64,000 nucleotides of DNA from Candidatus Binatia bacterium (GTDB lineage Bacteria > Desulfobacterota > Binatia > UBA9968 > JAJDTQ01): assembly GCA_963666515.2 (NCBI GenBank), contig OY762897.2, forward strand, positions 2,144,001 to 2,208,000, given 5' to 3'. How positions within the stretch are numbered: the stretch's first letter is position 1; every line of letters starts with the position of its first letter. A program made the position numbers and the translations under genes. Below the pieces are notes generated by a model. It was not told the DNA's origin. It searched no databases and was given only the letters and a program-made list of their open reading frames with translations. Positions 48,152 to 58,393 of this stretch are shown here, one piece after another.

Positions 48152-49423
48152 TCACCTGGCGTCGAAATAGTCGCTATACCAGAGGCCGCCCAACGGCAAT
48201 CCCTCCGCCACCATGTTCTCCACGATCGGATCGTCGCTCGCCCGCCGAACGGTTGAGAGGCCATCTGCTCCCTTCTCCAGTATCCAGACTTCGTTGGGCT
48301 CCAACGCATCCACCAGATAGGGTTGGTGCGTCGTCACGAAGACCTGTGAACCACCTTTGTGCGCACCGGCGTATTCACGAAATTCCTTGGCCAGTGTTTC
48401 CAGGAGCTTGTGATACAAGCCGTTTTCCGGCTCTTCGATACAGAGAAAGGGGGGCGGGGTGGGATCTTCAAGCAGCAACAGATAAGCGAACACCTTGAGC
48501 GTCCCGTCTGACATCTGCTGCGCGAAGAAGGGATCCTGAAAACCCTTGTCGTTGAACCTGAGCAATAGTCTGCCATCATTGGTTCTTTCCGTATCGATCT
48601 TGTCGATGCCCGGAATCTTGCCGGCAATGCTCTTCAGAATCTCCAAGAACCGTTGCGGATGTTCACGCTCCATAAATTGCACGACGTTACCAAGGTTGTC
48701 GCCGTGGATACTGAGATGCTTCTGAGGCCCGGCCAGCGGCAGACCGCGGGCCGCATCCGGCGTAAAGTAACTGAGATACCACCCCTCGATGAAACGGCGA
48801 AAAGCGGAGATTCGCGGGTGCTGTTTCAAGGCGCCTAGCGTGGCAATGCCGAGCCTACGACGATCCTCCAATTCGATGCGTTCAGCATCCTTGGATTCCT
48901 TCCCGGCTTTGACCAGTTCCAAAAACTCGAAAGCGTTGAAACCTTCTGTTGAATCGCCCTGAACAGCCAGATTTCCCTTCCACGCCACGCCACGCCCTTC
49001 GCTGAGAACAAGAAAAAGCGACGATGCAATATCTTCGCCCCGGTCTTCGCACATTTTCTCTTCTGACACATAAGGACGACCAGACTCGTCGACTTCGATA
49101 GCAACTTCATAGGTGATGGGAATAGAATTCTCATCTTCCCGATAGTACACCTCAAACTCCATAGGAGCCTCTTCCCCTTGCGTCCGCATTCTCTCGAAGC
49201 CGCCACGTCCCCGTGCGTCGCAAGCCTCTTCGACCCCGGATTTCAACGCATCGGCGAGAAACCCGAAGGCGTCGAACAGGGCGCTCTTGCCCACGCCGTT
49301 CTTGCCGATTACCGCCGTCATTGCTGTCACGGGTTGGACGTCCGGTCGGTCCCACAAACGGCCCAGCGTCACATCCTTGAGCACCTTGAAGTTTTTTACT
49401 CGAAAGCCTTCGATCCTGGCCAT
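48152..49423 (-). CDS. ABC/AAA_21 ATPase
   Basis: GKNGVGKS, SDGTL, IEEPENG, TTHQP. Confidence 0.85.
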   Translation of the reverse strand: MARIEGFRVKNFKVLKDVTLGRLWDRPDVQPVTAMTAVIGKNGVGKSALFDAFGFLADALKSGVEEACDARGRGGFERMRTQGEEAPMEFEVYYREDENSIPITYEVAIEVDESGRPYVSEEKMCEDRGEDIASSLFLVLSEGRGVAWKGNLAVQGDSTEGFNAFEFLELVKAGKESKDAERIELEDRRRLGIATLGALKQHPRISAFRRFIEGWYLSYFTPDAARGLPLAGPQKHLSIHGDNLGNVVQFMEREHPQRFLEILKSIAGKIPGIDKIDTERTNDGRLLLRFNDKGFQDPFFAQQMSDGTLKVFAYLLLLEDPTPPPFLCIEEPENGLYHKLLETLAKEFREYAGAHKGGSQVFVTTHQPYLVDALEPNEVWILEKGADGLSTVRRASDDPIVENMVAEGLPLGGLWYSDYFDAR

Positions 49424-49442
49424 TTTGCAGTACCTTATTGAA

Positions 49443-49841
49443 TTATTGGGTGGTAGAGGAGCGGGGCTTCAGCCTCCGTTCTCCGAATCTCCACCGGCCG
49501 TCCGCAAGCGACGCAATCGCGTCTATCTCCATCCAGCCGCCAATCAAGCCGTGGTGATGGCCTGCACCAACAAGCTGCTTTTGGCCAAGCCATCCGAACA
49601 CGAGACAGTGACCGGCATTTCGCAGGGTCCTTTTTAGCCAATCCTCCCGGACCAGCAAAGCCATGTGGCCATCCCCTTCAACGTAGCGCGCTACCGTCTC
49701 TCCACTCGGGATGCGCCACTCGCGAGTGCCCGGGACCCAGCGCAGCTTTCCCGACCTGAACAGAACCGGTGCCGGGGAAAAGGCCGTTACGCCTTCGTCG
49801 ATGGAGCAATCAAGGACATTGCCCTCCCAGTGGTAGTCTTC
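49443..49841 (-). pseudogene. Start-less C-terminal remnant of a large protein, resembles AVAST type 2 (Avs2) C-terminus
   Basis: Open frame of 132 codons directly after a TGA: EDYHWEGNVLDCSIDEG...LRW...ALLVREDWL...VFGWLGQKQ; family match recalled, not searched. Confidence 0.5.
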
Positions 49842-51088
49842 TCATCGTCAGCCTCGTCGCTGTTTTCGGTGAACGCGAGCGCCGTTTCCATCCACCCTTC
49901 GCTGAGGAGCCGGCCCAGCCCGCCCTGGGATGTTCTAAGCTCCTTGGCGTTGGGCAATTCGGCAACCGGGCGAATGATGGCGTCGTAGGAATCTTCAAGA
50001 CGGCACACGACCGACGTGTTCTCGAACGTGCTGTCGTTGGCGAAAGTCAGCATGTCCGGCGCATGGGTCGTGGTCACGACCTGGACGCTGCCTTTTGCTG
50101 TCTGTCTTTCGATCAGTTCAAGCAACAGCGCCAGCCGCGCGGGGTGAATGCCCGTGTCGATTTCCTCGAAAAAGTACAAACCATGAGGGTTGTCGCCCAG
50201 CAACGCAGCCAACACCGCTAGAAAACGCAGTGTGCCGCCCGAGGCGCTATATGCCGACACCCTTCTTTCCCCGGTCTCAAGAATGTGTAGATGGACTCGG
50301 TCACTTGGATCCGGGAGAAACTCAAGTTTCGCCACGTCCATCGGTGCGAGCTCCCGCAACCAATCGGCCAGAATCGTCCGTCGCGCCTCGTCTGTGCAGA
50401 TTTCCTTCAGAACCGTCGGCAGGTTCTGTCCAAAATCGCCCAATGTGTCCGCGTTCGGGAAGGAGGGTTCGCGCATGAGCTTGGGGGTCAACTCCAGAAA
50501 ACGCATGCCCTGGAAAACACGGAGCACCGGGACTTCGGATAGATCGAAGTATAGATCTGGCTGGTCCAGGAAAAATGCCTGATTCAGAACCGGTTGAGAC
50601 GCGCTCGCGGAATATCCTAGCGGACCGTTCTTCCCATCGAGCGACAATGAGTGGTCAGTTGCTGTCGTCGCCTTGTAGACCCTTCCAGACTCGGTCTCCA
50701 GCTCCTCGCTCACCACGACAAACCTGTCAGGGCCATGAGGCTTGAATCCCACGGTGATCGCGTAAGATGTCCTTTTGCCCGCCAACTCCATCTTGACCTC
50801 GATGGAAAACTCGGATGGCTTCAAGTAGAAGGATGACGGAGAGAAACGAGCGATCTCGTTTGGAGCGCCGCGAATCGGTTCCCATTCCGGTTGGCCCCCG
50901 ACCCCGTGTTTCCCAGCGATGATTTCCTCCAGTGTGTAGCCCCGGCCAATACCGTGAAGGAAGCGGAAGGCGTCGCGGACATTGCTCTTGCCGCTTGCGT
51001 TCGCGCCCACGATCGTCGTGAACGGTCCTACCCGCAACGTCTCATCCGCGAAATTCTTGAAGTTCACGAGGCGGATCGAGGTAATCAT
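49787..51088 (-). CDS. ABC/AAA_21 ATPase lacking a downstream partner
   Basis: NFKNF, GANASGKS, SGGTL, FEEIDTG, TTHAP; GGAGG RBS before ATG 51088. Confidence 0.85.
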   Translation of the reverse strand: MITSIRLVNFKNFADETLRVGPFTTIVGANASGKSNVRDAFRFLHGIGRGYTLEEIIAGKHGVGGQPEWEPIRGAPNEIARFSPSSFYLKPSEFSIEVKMELAGKRTSYAITVGFKPHGPDRFVVVSEELETESGRVYKATTATDHSLSLDGKNGPLGYSASASQPVLNQAFFLDQPDLYFDLSEVPVLRVFQGMRFLELTPKLMREPSFPNADTLGDFGQNLPTVLKEICTDEARRTILADWLRELAPMDVAKLEFLPDPSDRVHLHILETGERRVSAYSASGGTLRFLAVLAALLGDNPHGLYFFEEIDTGIHPARLALLLELIERQTAKGSVQVVTTTHAPDMLTFANDSTFENTSVVCRLEDSYDAIIRPVAELPNAKELRTSQGGLGRLLSEGWMETALAFTENSDEADDEKTTTGRAMSLIAPSTKA

Positions 51089-51131
51089 CGGCTTTCCTCC
51101 GATTGACGGTTCATGTCCCAAGGGAACCGGA

Positions 51132-54100
51132 TCAAAGGTGCATCTGCCGCGGCTCCTGGACGCCGTCGCGCCCGGCCACATGGTTGCTCACGGCTTCGAG
51201 AATCGCCCGCTCGTCCGATCCGGCATCGGCCAATTCGATCAGCGTCTGGAGGATCTGGTTGAACAAGGGGTTGCGCTGGAGGCCGCGGGTGTCGAGGTAG
51301 TCGTCTACCTTGACCTGATCCCCAGCTCGCCACAGGTGCATGAGCTTGTGCACCTGGTCGATCAAGGGTGCCGGCCGCCCACCCGGAGCTTCGAAACCGA
51401 GGTTGCGGCCACTGCGACGATGCCAGGGTTTGAGCTTTACTTTGGCCCCGGTGCCCGGCTCTCCAACGTCCTCCGACGGGTCCTCCTCATCGTCCGGGTC
51501 GCCGGTCTTCTCTGATTTGGTCAAGAGATCATACTGCCGGACCAGATCCGAATCGGACAGATTGCATGACAGCGCATAGAGAATACATCCGCCAATGGCC
51601 GCTTCCGTCGTACCGAAGTCGTGGCGATGGAGCAGGTAGTATGTGGTGACGTCGTCCAGTCCCGTGGCCGCCTCTTGCCCGTTGGACGACGTGGGAGCGC
51701 TTTCCTGGAACAACACGCGGCCTACTACGAAGTCCACAACCATGCGGCGGACCTCGGTCAAAAACTCCGAGACCGTCATCTGCCGGTCTCGGTCATTCGC
51801 CTTCTTGACGGCCGGATGCTTGCTGAAAGCCTCGAGCGCCGGCCCCGTAGCCGCCCATACGAAATCCGGCCCGCGGATGCCGGCATCCCAGAAGTCACGA
51901 AGTTGCCGGGTGATGTTCTCACGCATCTCGCCGAGGACTACGTTGTCCCAGCCGACACGGGAGGCTGAACGCCTCTTGCAGACTAGCCAAACGGAAGATG
52001 AGAGGGCAGCGGAGGCCATCGCGCGAGTCCTGGTCCCCATCTCCGTCTGGATGGGCCAAGAGCCATCAACTACGAGTCCGGCCCTGATCAGGGCGGCGGC
52101 GAGTGTCTCCCATGCATCCGGCTGCTTGTTGGCGAATACGACTACTAGACGGCCGTCTGGCCGGAGCGCCGCAGCCAGGGAGCGAAACACACGGGCCATG
52201 CCATCTTCGTAGTTTTGCTTCGACCGTTCCTTGTCGCCCCCGAATCGGCTCGCGTCGTCTATGAGTTCACCGTCCTTCTCTTCATGATCCCATTTAGGGC
52301 CGAGCTTGTCCGAGAAAAGCCCATCGACCTCCGACGACAAGCCCGTTACAGATCGCCTCAACCACACGTAGAAGAAATCCATCAGGTCCGAATACGGAAT
52401 TGCATCGTAGTATGGAGGATCGGTGACAATGGCGTCATACTCTCCGGATGCTGCAACCGCGCTGGCGCCCAAGACACTGTTCCCTTCCGCCGATTGAGCC
52501 GCCACCAGTGTGTGGGCAACACAGCGCGAGACCCAATCGAGTGCACCGAGATAGTTGCCGGACGAATCCGACAGCGGATTGACCTCGGTGTAGTCCCACA
52601 CGATGGGGAGTGCGAAGCGCGCAAAGGTATGTCCGAGTTTTTCCCCGCTGTTGTGCCACGAGCAAACTGCGCTGGAGTAGTCGGCCAGCCGGTCGTTGAC
52701 GAGCGCAAGTTGCGCGATCATGGCTTCGCGCCAGCTTTCCGGCCAACCGTCGAGTTCTTGCATAAGGTTCCGAAGGACGAGAGCAAACCGTCCAAGGGTC
52801 AGTAGCTGCCGGTTGGTGAATAGCTTCCGCCAAGTGTCGAGACCGTATAGCGGAACGCGGAACCCAAGAGCCTCCTTGCTCGGCAAGGACTCCTCCGGTA
52901 GCCCGAAAGGAATATCAGCGTAGAGGATCTGGAGTTGTTCATCGGTTACCTCAGCCACAGCACGCTCATGATCCGTAGGCAAGCGGTACTCCTTGCCCTT
53001 CTGGCCATCGACAACCACCGCGGTCATCACCGCACCCAGCCTGCCCGCCCGGCCCTCAAAACGGATGTCCTCCATCGTCATGATCGTGCCGCAGCATGGG
53101 CAGGTGGCTCCGGTGCGCGACATGGTGCCCGCCCCGACACGCCTGTCGTGCTCCCGTCGCTGAGCCGCGTTGCCGCCGTTTTGCGGGACTCCGTTCTGAA
53201 CTCCAAACACGGCCCCAGTGCCGTCGGAGTTCCGATCCATCGTCAGCAGGACGCGCTTTCGTTCCTTCTTGCATAACCAGCGCGTCTTGAGCAGCGGGAG
53301 CGTGGCCCGGCACTGCTTGCAGGTCACGGTACGCGCCCAGAGAAAGGCGACCGTAGGTTTGGCAATCCAGCGCGGGTTTCGCGGGTCCTTGAGGCAGGCG
53401 GCGTCGAATTCCGCGTTGAGCGGGTCGAGTAACGGCAGGCCCCTCTCGTCAACCTCCAGAAGTCGCATGGGGCGCGGTTCAAACTCCAGGCCCGGCGCCG
53501 GCGGCTCGAACTCGGCATAGGTCGGGTAGTACGCCGCCAGTTCCCTGCGCGCCCTTGCCAGCACCCACCGCCCCCAGGCGCGCACCTGCCAGGCCAAGTC
53601 CGCTTCCACCGTCGGATCGTCATGCGCCAATGCATCAAGTTGCATTTCACCGCCGTCGCCGTGGCCGAGGCGTTCCAGGTGAGTCCGCAGGCTCGCGCCC
53701 TTGAACCCCTTGGCCTTGAGGAACGCCTCCATGAACTCCCAGTCTTCCCGGGCAAATTCAGGCAAAGGCCGCGTCTGGCCGGCGAGCTTCTGGGGATATT
53801 CAAGCGTGCACTTGAGGATGAACCAAGCCACCGGGTTGATGTCCATGGCAGTGACTTCACAGCCCAACCGCATGGCTTCGAGGGGAATAGCGCCGCCTCC
53901 GGCAAACGGGTCCAGCACCTTGGGCGCCCGGCCGCCGTACGCATTGCGTATCTCGTCCCTGAACCACGCGAGACCCGGCTGGTTCTCGCGGCCCCAGTGA
54001 AGAATGCCGCCGACGGTCTCCTCTTTCACCGTCTCGACCGTGCGGCCGTTCAAGCGCTTGCGCTCGATCTTCTCCGTGACTCGGCCCGCCATGCGCTCCA

Positions 54101-54329
54101 GGATCGCTCGGCGCTTGTCGGGATCACCGGGATCCGGCAGCAGCGTTGCGATCAACGCCGCCCGCGCCGCCGCCAACGGCCTCCGCGCCGGCCAGATATG
54201 CAGCGTGGAGATGTGCCCGTGCCGCACGTTCTTCTCGTGCACGGAGTCGAGAGACACCTGCTTGAGCGGAAAGGCCGCTTCGATGAGGCGACGGTCGCTC
54301 AAGGCGCCGTCAATGTTCGGCACCGACAT
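51132..54329 (-). CDS. DUF1156 adenine-specific DNA methyltransferase with Zn-finger
   Basis: LH.WPARRPL, motif I DPFAGGG.IPLEA, CxxC pairs, motif IV DPPY. Confidence 0.9.
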   Translation of the reverse strand: MSVPNIDGALSDRRLIEAAFPLKQVSLDSVHEKNVRHGHISTLHIWPARRPLAAARAALIATLLPDPGDPDKRRAILERMAGRVTEKIERKRLNGRTVETVKEETVGGILHWGRENQPGLAWFRDEIRNAYGGRAPKVLDPFAGGGAIPLEAMRLGCEVTAMDINPVAWFILKCTLEYPQKLAGQTRPLPEFAREDWEFMEAFLKAKGFKGASLRTHLERLGHGDGGEMQLDALAHDDPTVEADLAWQVRAWGRWVLARARRELAAYYPTYAEFEPPAPGLEFEPRPMRLLEVDERGLPLLDPLNAEFDAACLKDPRNPRWIAKPTVAFLWARTVTCKQCRATLPLLKTRWLCKKERKRVLLTMDRNSDGTGAVFGVQNGVPQNGGNAAQRREHDRRVGAGTMSRTGATCPCCGTIMTMEDIRFEGRAGRLGAVMTAVVVDGQKGKEYRLPTDHERAVAEVTDEQLQILYADIPFGLPEESLPSKEALGFRVPLYGLDTWRKLFTNRQLLTLGRFALVLRNLMQELDGWPESWREAMIAQLALVNDRLADYSSAVCSWHNSGEKLGHTFARFALPIVWDYTEVNPLSDSSGNYLGALDWVSRCVAHTLVAAQSAEGNSVLGASAVAASGEYDAIVTDPPYYDAIPYSDLMDFFYVWLRRSVTGLSSEVDGLFSDKLGPKWDHEEKDGELIDDASRFGGDKERSKQNYEDGMARVFRSLAAALRPDGRLVVVFANKQPDAWETLAAALIRAGLVVDGSWPIQTEMGTRTRAMASAALSSSVWLVCKRRSASRVGWDNVVLGEMRENITRQLRDFWDAGIRGPDFVWAATGPALEAFSKHPAVKKANDRDRQMTVSEFLTEVRRMVVDFVVGRVLFQESAPTSSNGQEAATGLDDVTTYYLLHRHDFGTTEAAIGGCILYALSCNLSDSDLVRQYDLLTKSEKTGDPDDEEDPSEDVGEPGTGAKVKLKPWHRRSGRNLGFEAPGGRPAPLIDQVHKLMHLWRAGDQVKVDDYLDTRGLQRNPLFNQILQTLIELADAGSDERAILEAVSNHVAGRDGVQEPRQMHL

Positions 54330-54720
54330 GTATGCGCTCCTCAGCCCAGCGAATGACAGACTTGGCAATTTCCAGTGCTTCCTGGTGCTGCTTCTCTGTG
54401 ACGGGAGGTTCGGCGCCGGGGTAGCGAGTAGCGACGGCGAAGTGAGTGAGGCGCTCCGCCTGCCACACTGCTTCGGATATCTCCTCACCCCCTTCTTCAA
54501 GAATCGTCAGCATAACGCCCAAATCATGAATGTAAGGAAACTCGACGTTACGCCGGATCAGCACCGCCTTGATGGCCTTCTCCGCGGCCTGTTGTGCCTG
54601 GGAACACAGATCCTCGATATGGATTTCGGGTCCGCGCAAGCCTGCCAGGGCAAGGCTGCTCTGAGCCCGACTCAGCCACTCTCGCGGATCATCCGGCGGA
54701 AACCGGTCAGGCGGACTCAT
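54310..54720 (-). CDS. HEPN domain protein (MNT-HEPN pair)
   Basis: AQQAAEKAIKA, HDL, RYP. Confidence 0.85.
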   Translation of the reverse strand: MSPPDRFPPDDPREWLSRAQSSLALAGLRGPEIHIEDLCSQAQQAAEKAIKAVLIRRNVEFPYIHDLGVMLTILEEGGEEISEAVWQAERLTHFAVATRYPGAEPPVTEKQHQEALEIAKSVIRWAEERIHVGAEH

Positions 54721-55159
54721 AAACGACCTTGCCCTCCTGCAACGCCGGCTTGATGACCAAGGCATGGCTGTCCTTGTAGCGCTCGACGTCCGCCGGCGAG
54801 ACCACAATCGCATCCACGGCGGTCCGCACGCCACGCAAGCCTTCGTAGATTCGCGCGCTGAGTTCGCGGTCGCCTCCTTCCTTGATGATGAGAAGATCGA
54901 CGTCGCTTTGTCCGGTCATGATACCGCGGGCCGCGGACCCGAAGAGTATGATCTTCTCCGGCTGGGCAACCTTCACGACGCGTCGGATAACTTCGTCGAG
55001 AGCCGCTGGGTCCAGTGCCGCTGAACTCAATGCTGCGGCCCTCGAAACCTCTTCCGCGCGGCGACGCGCCGTTCGAGCCGCCCTGTGCATGGCTGCCTCT
55101 GCGCCGATCAAGTCGGAGCTACGAGGCCTTTCCGTCGGCTTCCGATTCCCTGCGCTCAT
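54707..55159 (-). CDS. Minimal nucleotidyltransferase (MNT) with N-terminal extension
   Basis: ILFGS.ARG....SDVDLL. Confidence 0.85.
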   Translation of the reverse strand: MSAGNRKPTERPRSSDLIGAEAAMHRAARTARRRAEEVSRAAALSSAALDPAALDEVIRRVVKVAQPEKIILFGSAARGIMTGQSDVDLLIIKEGGDRELSARIYEGLRGVRTAVDAIVVSPADVERYKDSHALVIKPALQEGKVVYESA

Positions 55160-55188
55160 CCTTTAACTCCCTCTCCACTGACCGTGGC

Positions 55189-56610
55189 TTACATGAAGAA
55201 CCGGAATTGATAGGGGGTTTTCCCCAAGCTCGGCATACGCTTCACTACACGGGAGAGCACCTTGGCATAGGCCATGGTTACAGGTAGCGGGTCGTATAGC
55301 GCATCATTGTTCCAGTTCATCTTCGACAGCCCAAGCACTGCCCGTACCGTGTCATCCCACGGCCCGTGACCTGCATGGCGAACCAGCCGCACAGGCCTGG
55401 GAGTGCTCCGAGCCCCCTGAAAGTAGGAACCTGATGTGATGCCCGTCACATTACCGTGTGTCCACAGCAACGCGTCTCGTGGTCCAAGCCTGACCACGGT
55501 ACCACGCGGAACCGGGTATGCGGCGCCGCGGCCCTTCTTTTCACCTTGATGACCGGGATCAATGCGGACGCCACGCCAACCAACATCCTCAACCACCTGA
55601 ACGAGATCGACTTCTTCACACAAGTGCAACGCCTCCATACAACCCTCGACTTCGTCCCGTTTGAACTCAGTGGTCTTATGTACCATCACACGCCGGGGCG
55701 GCTGTCCTGCATGACGACGGCGGTAAAGGTCCAGGGAACGCGTCATGACGCGGAACATTTCGGTCCGGGAAAGGAACGGATTGTCTCGCTGGACGTTGAC
55801 CTCATGAGCGTCATAGGCAATGAACTCCAAGCCGGAGCCTTCTTCGTCGAACACCTGACTGCAACACGTCACAAATCGAGGTCGATCGGCCTGAACGGGA
55901 CGGATCGCGTATGAGATGCCTATGTAGGCGGTTCCGGGATCAGCTTCAGCCAACTTCCATGGAACGCCGCCAGCCTTGGCATAAAGCGCAAGACCGACAC
56001 GCCACATCACACTGGCTCGGCAGGGATAAGCAAGTGCCTTGTCCTCTCGGACCAATTGAACAGGGATACGACGTGTGGCGGTGACGGCTTTTAGATGGTC
56101 GTGCAGGTCGAAGTCTCCCTCAACTCCACCGGCGAAGCCGGGTTCCCAGCGTTTGGGAAGGTAGATGAACAAGACGTCGAAATCATTCCGGCGAGATCCA
56201 AGGCTGTGAATCGCCCTCGTCAACGCCTCCGCGAGTACCGTGTAGGGCCTGGGTGAACTACGGAAATCGGACTCGACCCGGGAATCGAGTTCCACGAGGC
56301 AGCCGCTGTCTGCCGGGCCGATGTGCAGCCCAAAGACTCTATGGAATCCTGGCCATTCTGGCAGATAATCAACTCGCTCCTTTGGTTTATACGTCGTTTT
56401 CAGCTTCTTCATGAATCCGTAAAGACGTTCGCTCTCACCGGCTGGTGCCAGCGTGGCCACCCTTATTGGGTCAGGGACGCAACCCGCTGAGTGAGGACCG
56501 AACTTCAACAGCCCGTAGAGCGGATGAGGCGTTCGATCCGAACTACGGTCGGGATGAAAGCTCAACTGAGGCTCAGACAACCACATGTGGGGGCTGATCT
56601 CGAAACTCAC
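55189..56610 (-). CDS. Short prokaryotic Argonaute (MID-PIWI, non-catalytic)
   Basis: 473 aa; EP.L.F, HPL.GL..FGP, HDHLK, YAKAGGVPW, YIGISY, VHKT, RGT, LSKMNWN, LPVT. Confidence 0.9.
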   Translation of the reverse strand: MSFEISPHMWLSEPQLSFHPDRSSDRTPHPLYGLLKFGPHSAGCVPDPIRVATLAPAGESERLYGFMKKLKTTYKPKERVDYLPEWPGFHRVFGLHIGPADSGCLVELDSRVESDFRSSPRPYTVLAEALTRAIHSLGSRRNDFDVLFIYLPKRWEPGFAGGVEGDFDLHDHLKAVTATRRIPVQLVREDKALAYPCRASVMWRVGLALYAKAGGVPWKLAEADPGTAYIGISYAIRPVQADRPRFVTCCSQVFDEEGSGLEFIAYDAHEVNVQRDNPFLSRTEMFRVMTRSLDLYRRRHAGQPPRRVMVHKTTEFKRDEVEGCMEALHLCEEVDLVQVVEDVGWRGVRIDPGHQGEKKGRGAAYPVPRGTVVRLGPRDALLWTHGNVTGITSGSYFQGARSTPRPVRLVRHAGHGPWDDTVRAVLGLSKMNWNNDALYDPLPVTMAYAKVLSRVVKRMPSLGKTPYQFRFFM

Positions 56611-58349
56611 GACATCGTCCTCCGCGAAAAGGCAGTGGTACGCGAAAGCTCAAATATGGCATCGATCCCACCTTCGACATCCAACGCACGCATCTCCGTC
56701 CCGTTCCGTCCCAAGTATCCCGCCCAAAAATCAATGAGCCCGTTCAGCATTCGATTGTAGCGCTTGACAGTCCGCTCACGAGCGAAATCTGCCGCCGCGG
56801 CCTTGTTCTCGTAATTCACTCCCTCGAACACGGTCGCTGGCTCGATCAATAGCCAGAGCTTGTCATCGGCCCAACCTAGACGAATGGCGATGCCTTCGCT
56901 CCACAGCAGATCCCGATCACCATTGACCGTGCCGTTCAATCTTCCCACCAAATTCTCCAAGGGTTTCCAGACGACATCGCTCGGATTGGCCGGCGACAGT
57001 AGGTCCGTACCCCTGCGATGTCGCCGTATAAGGTCACACTCCCGCGCTAGCGCCACCGTCAAGGCTTCGCGTAAGAAACCGCGTTCGTTGGAATCGTATC
57101 TTTGTTTCCTGACGTCCAACGTGTGGATATCGAATTCGCTAATGTCCTTACCTTCAAATGCAGCCCGCACGTCGGCATCAGCACCAAAGGCCAAAACCCC
57201 GACTCCGGAGCGAACAGCGAGCACATTGACCCCAGCTTCCTGAACTGCTTGGCGTACCTCCGAAGTTCCACCTATTTCACAAACCACCCTCCTGCATGTG
57301 TTCGGCACTTTGACCAGAGGTAAGGCGTTGAGTCGTACGACCGGCCAACCGCGACGCCGGACTTGTGGAAGCGGTGCAGGACTCCAATGTCTGCGCTCCG
57401 TGGCGAAGTCATCAAGCACTTTGGTATCGATGCTCTCAAAAAGGCGCATCAAATCTCGCAAAGTCTCGTCGAAGTTCTCGATAACGACCAACGCCGTCTC
57501 AACCCCCGCTTCCTTCCCTCGATCCAAGAGTCTTTGAACACGTGTCAAGGGGGGTTGCTCACCACGGTGTAACCAAAAAAATCCGGAGGGAAACGCCCTT
57601 TGACACGTGATCGCCTCCTCCAAAGTGTCCATGATCGAGTCGTCACGCCCGCTGTATCCCGCAACCACAAGTCCAAATCGCTGGCATTGGGCGATCATTG
57701 CTTGTCTCAGGCGTTGATCTTGATGTCTTAATTCGTCGTCCGTGTTCTTCAATCGGCGGGATCGGAAATCGCCATGTAGCTTTACCTCGAGTGGCCAGCG
57801 CTCGTCGGCTATCGCTTGTTCGGCCAAATCCGGGGCGTCGAGAGCCGCTGTGGTTAACGCACCTGTGGTGTCATATATCTTTGCACAGGCGTCGGCTACC
57901 AGTGCATCGAAGTTTGTAGTCCAGACGATGCGCATCAGTTCGGCGTACATCAACGTAGCGAGCGCCATGTGACCATAAGACGGTTTCGCTCCCGCCAATT
58001 TCGCACGCAAAAACGCTTGGCGGTCCTTTTCGGCAGGATACGCAGCTTCGAATAGCTGAGCGTACTCGTCCGGAGCACCCGGCTTAGGGGATTGCTCCAT
58101 GGAATCGATGTGGCCCTGGAGCTGATCACGCACCATGGGCTGGGAAAGATCTGCTACGGTTTGATACGAGCCCCGACGTTGACTGACGAAAAGCGTCTGT
58201 TTGAACTCCCATATCATGTCCATGGCAGTAGGAACACCGGCCGCAGCAGAACTCCCAGCGCCAAGGAACCACATCAGACTTCGCGCCCGCATGGAGAAAC
58301 GACGCGCGAAGTCATCCAGTGTGATTCTTGGAGTATCTGATTCCTGCAA
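56607..58349 (-). CDS. SIR2-APAZ NADase partner of short Argonaute (SPARSA)
   Basis: FLGAGSS, WTTNFD, KLHGDF, VAGYSGRD, RLNALP; TTG start after AGGAGGAGG; GTGA overlap with ago. Confidence 0.9.
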   Translation of the reverse strand: MQESDTPRITLDDFARRFSMRARSLMWFLGAGSSAAAGVPTAMDMIWEFKQTLFVSQRRGSYQTVADLSQPMVRDQLQGHIDSMEQSPKPGAPDEYAQLFEAAYPAEKDRQAFLRAKLAGAKPSYGHMALATLMYAELMRIVWTTNFDALVADACAKIYDTTGALTTAALDAPDLAEQAIADERWPLEVKLHGDFRSRRLKNTDDELRHQDQRLRQAMIAQCQRFGLVVAGYSGRDDSIMDTLEEAITCQRAFPSGFFWLHRGEQPPLTRVQRLLDRGKEAGVETALVVIENFDETLRDLMRLFESIDTKVLDDFATERRHWSPAPLPQVRRRGWPVVRLNALPLVKVPNTCRRVVCEIGGTSEVRQAVQEAGVNVLAVRSGVGVLAFGADADVRAAFEGKDISEFDIHTLDVRKQRYDSNERGFLREALTVALARECDLIRRHRRGTDLLSPANPSDVVWKPLENLVGRLNGTVNGDRDLLWSEGIAIRLGWADDKLWLLIEPATVFEGVNYENKAAAADFARERTVKRYNRMLNGLIDFWAGYLGRNGTEMRALDVEGGIDAIFELSRTTAFSRRTMS

Positions 58350-58393
58350 TCCCTCCTCCTATGCCGCTTCCGCAATCCTTCTGTCCCGGTCCA

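Noticed and set aside
49453-49484. GTAG-led hairpin resembling a REP
   Set aside because: Imperfect stem lying inside the coding remnant 49443-49841; no second copy seen
42268-54329. Canonical BREX, DISARM or full MADS call
   Set aside because: No PglZ, BrxL, DrmA/B or other mad genes seen; only the DUF499/DUF1156/SNF2 backbone
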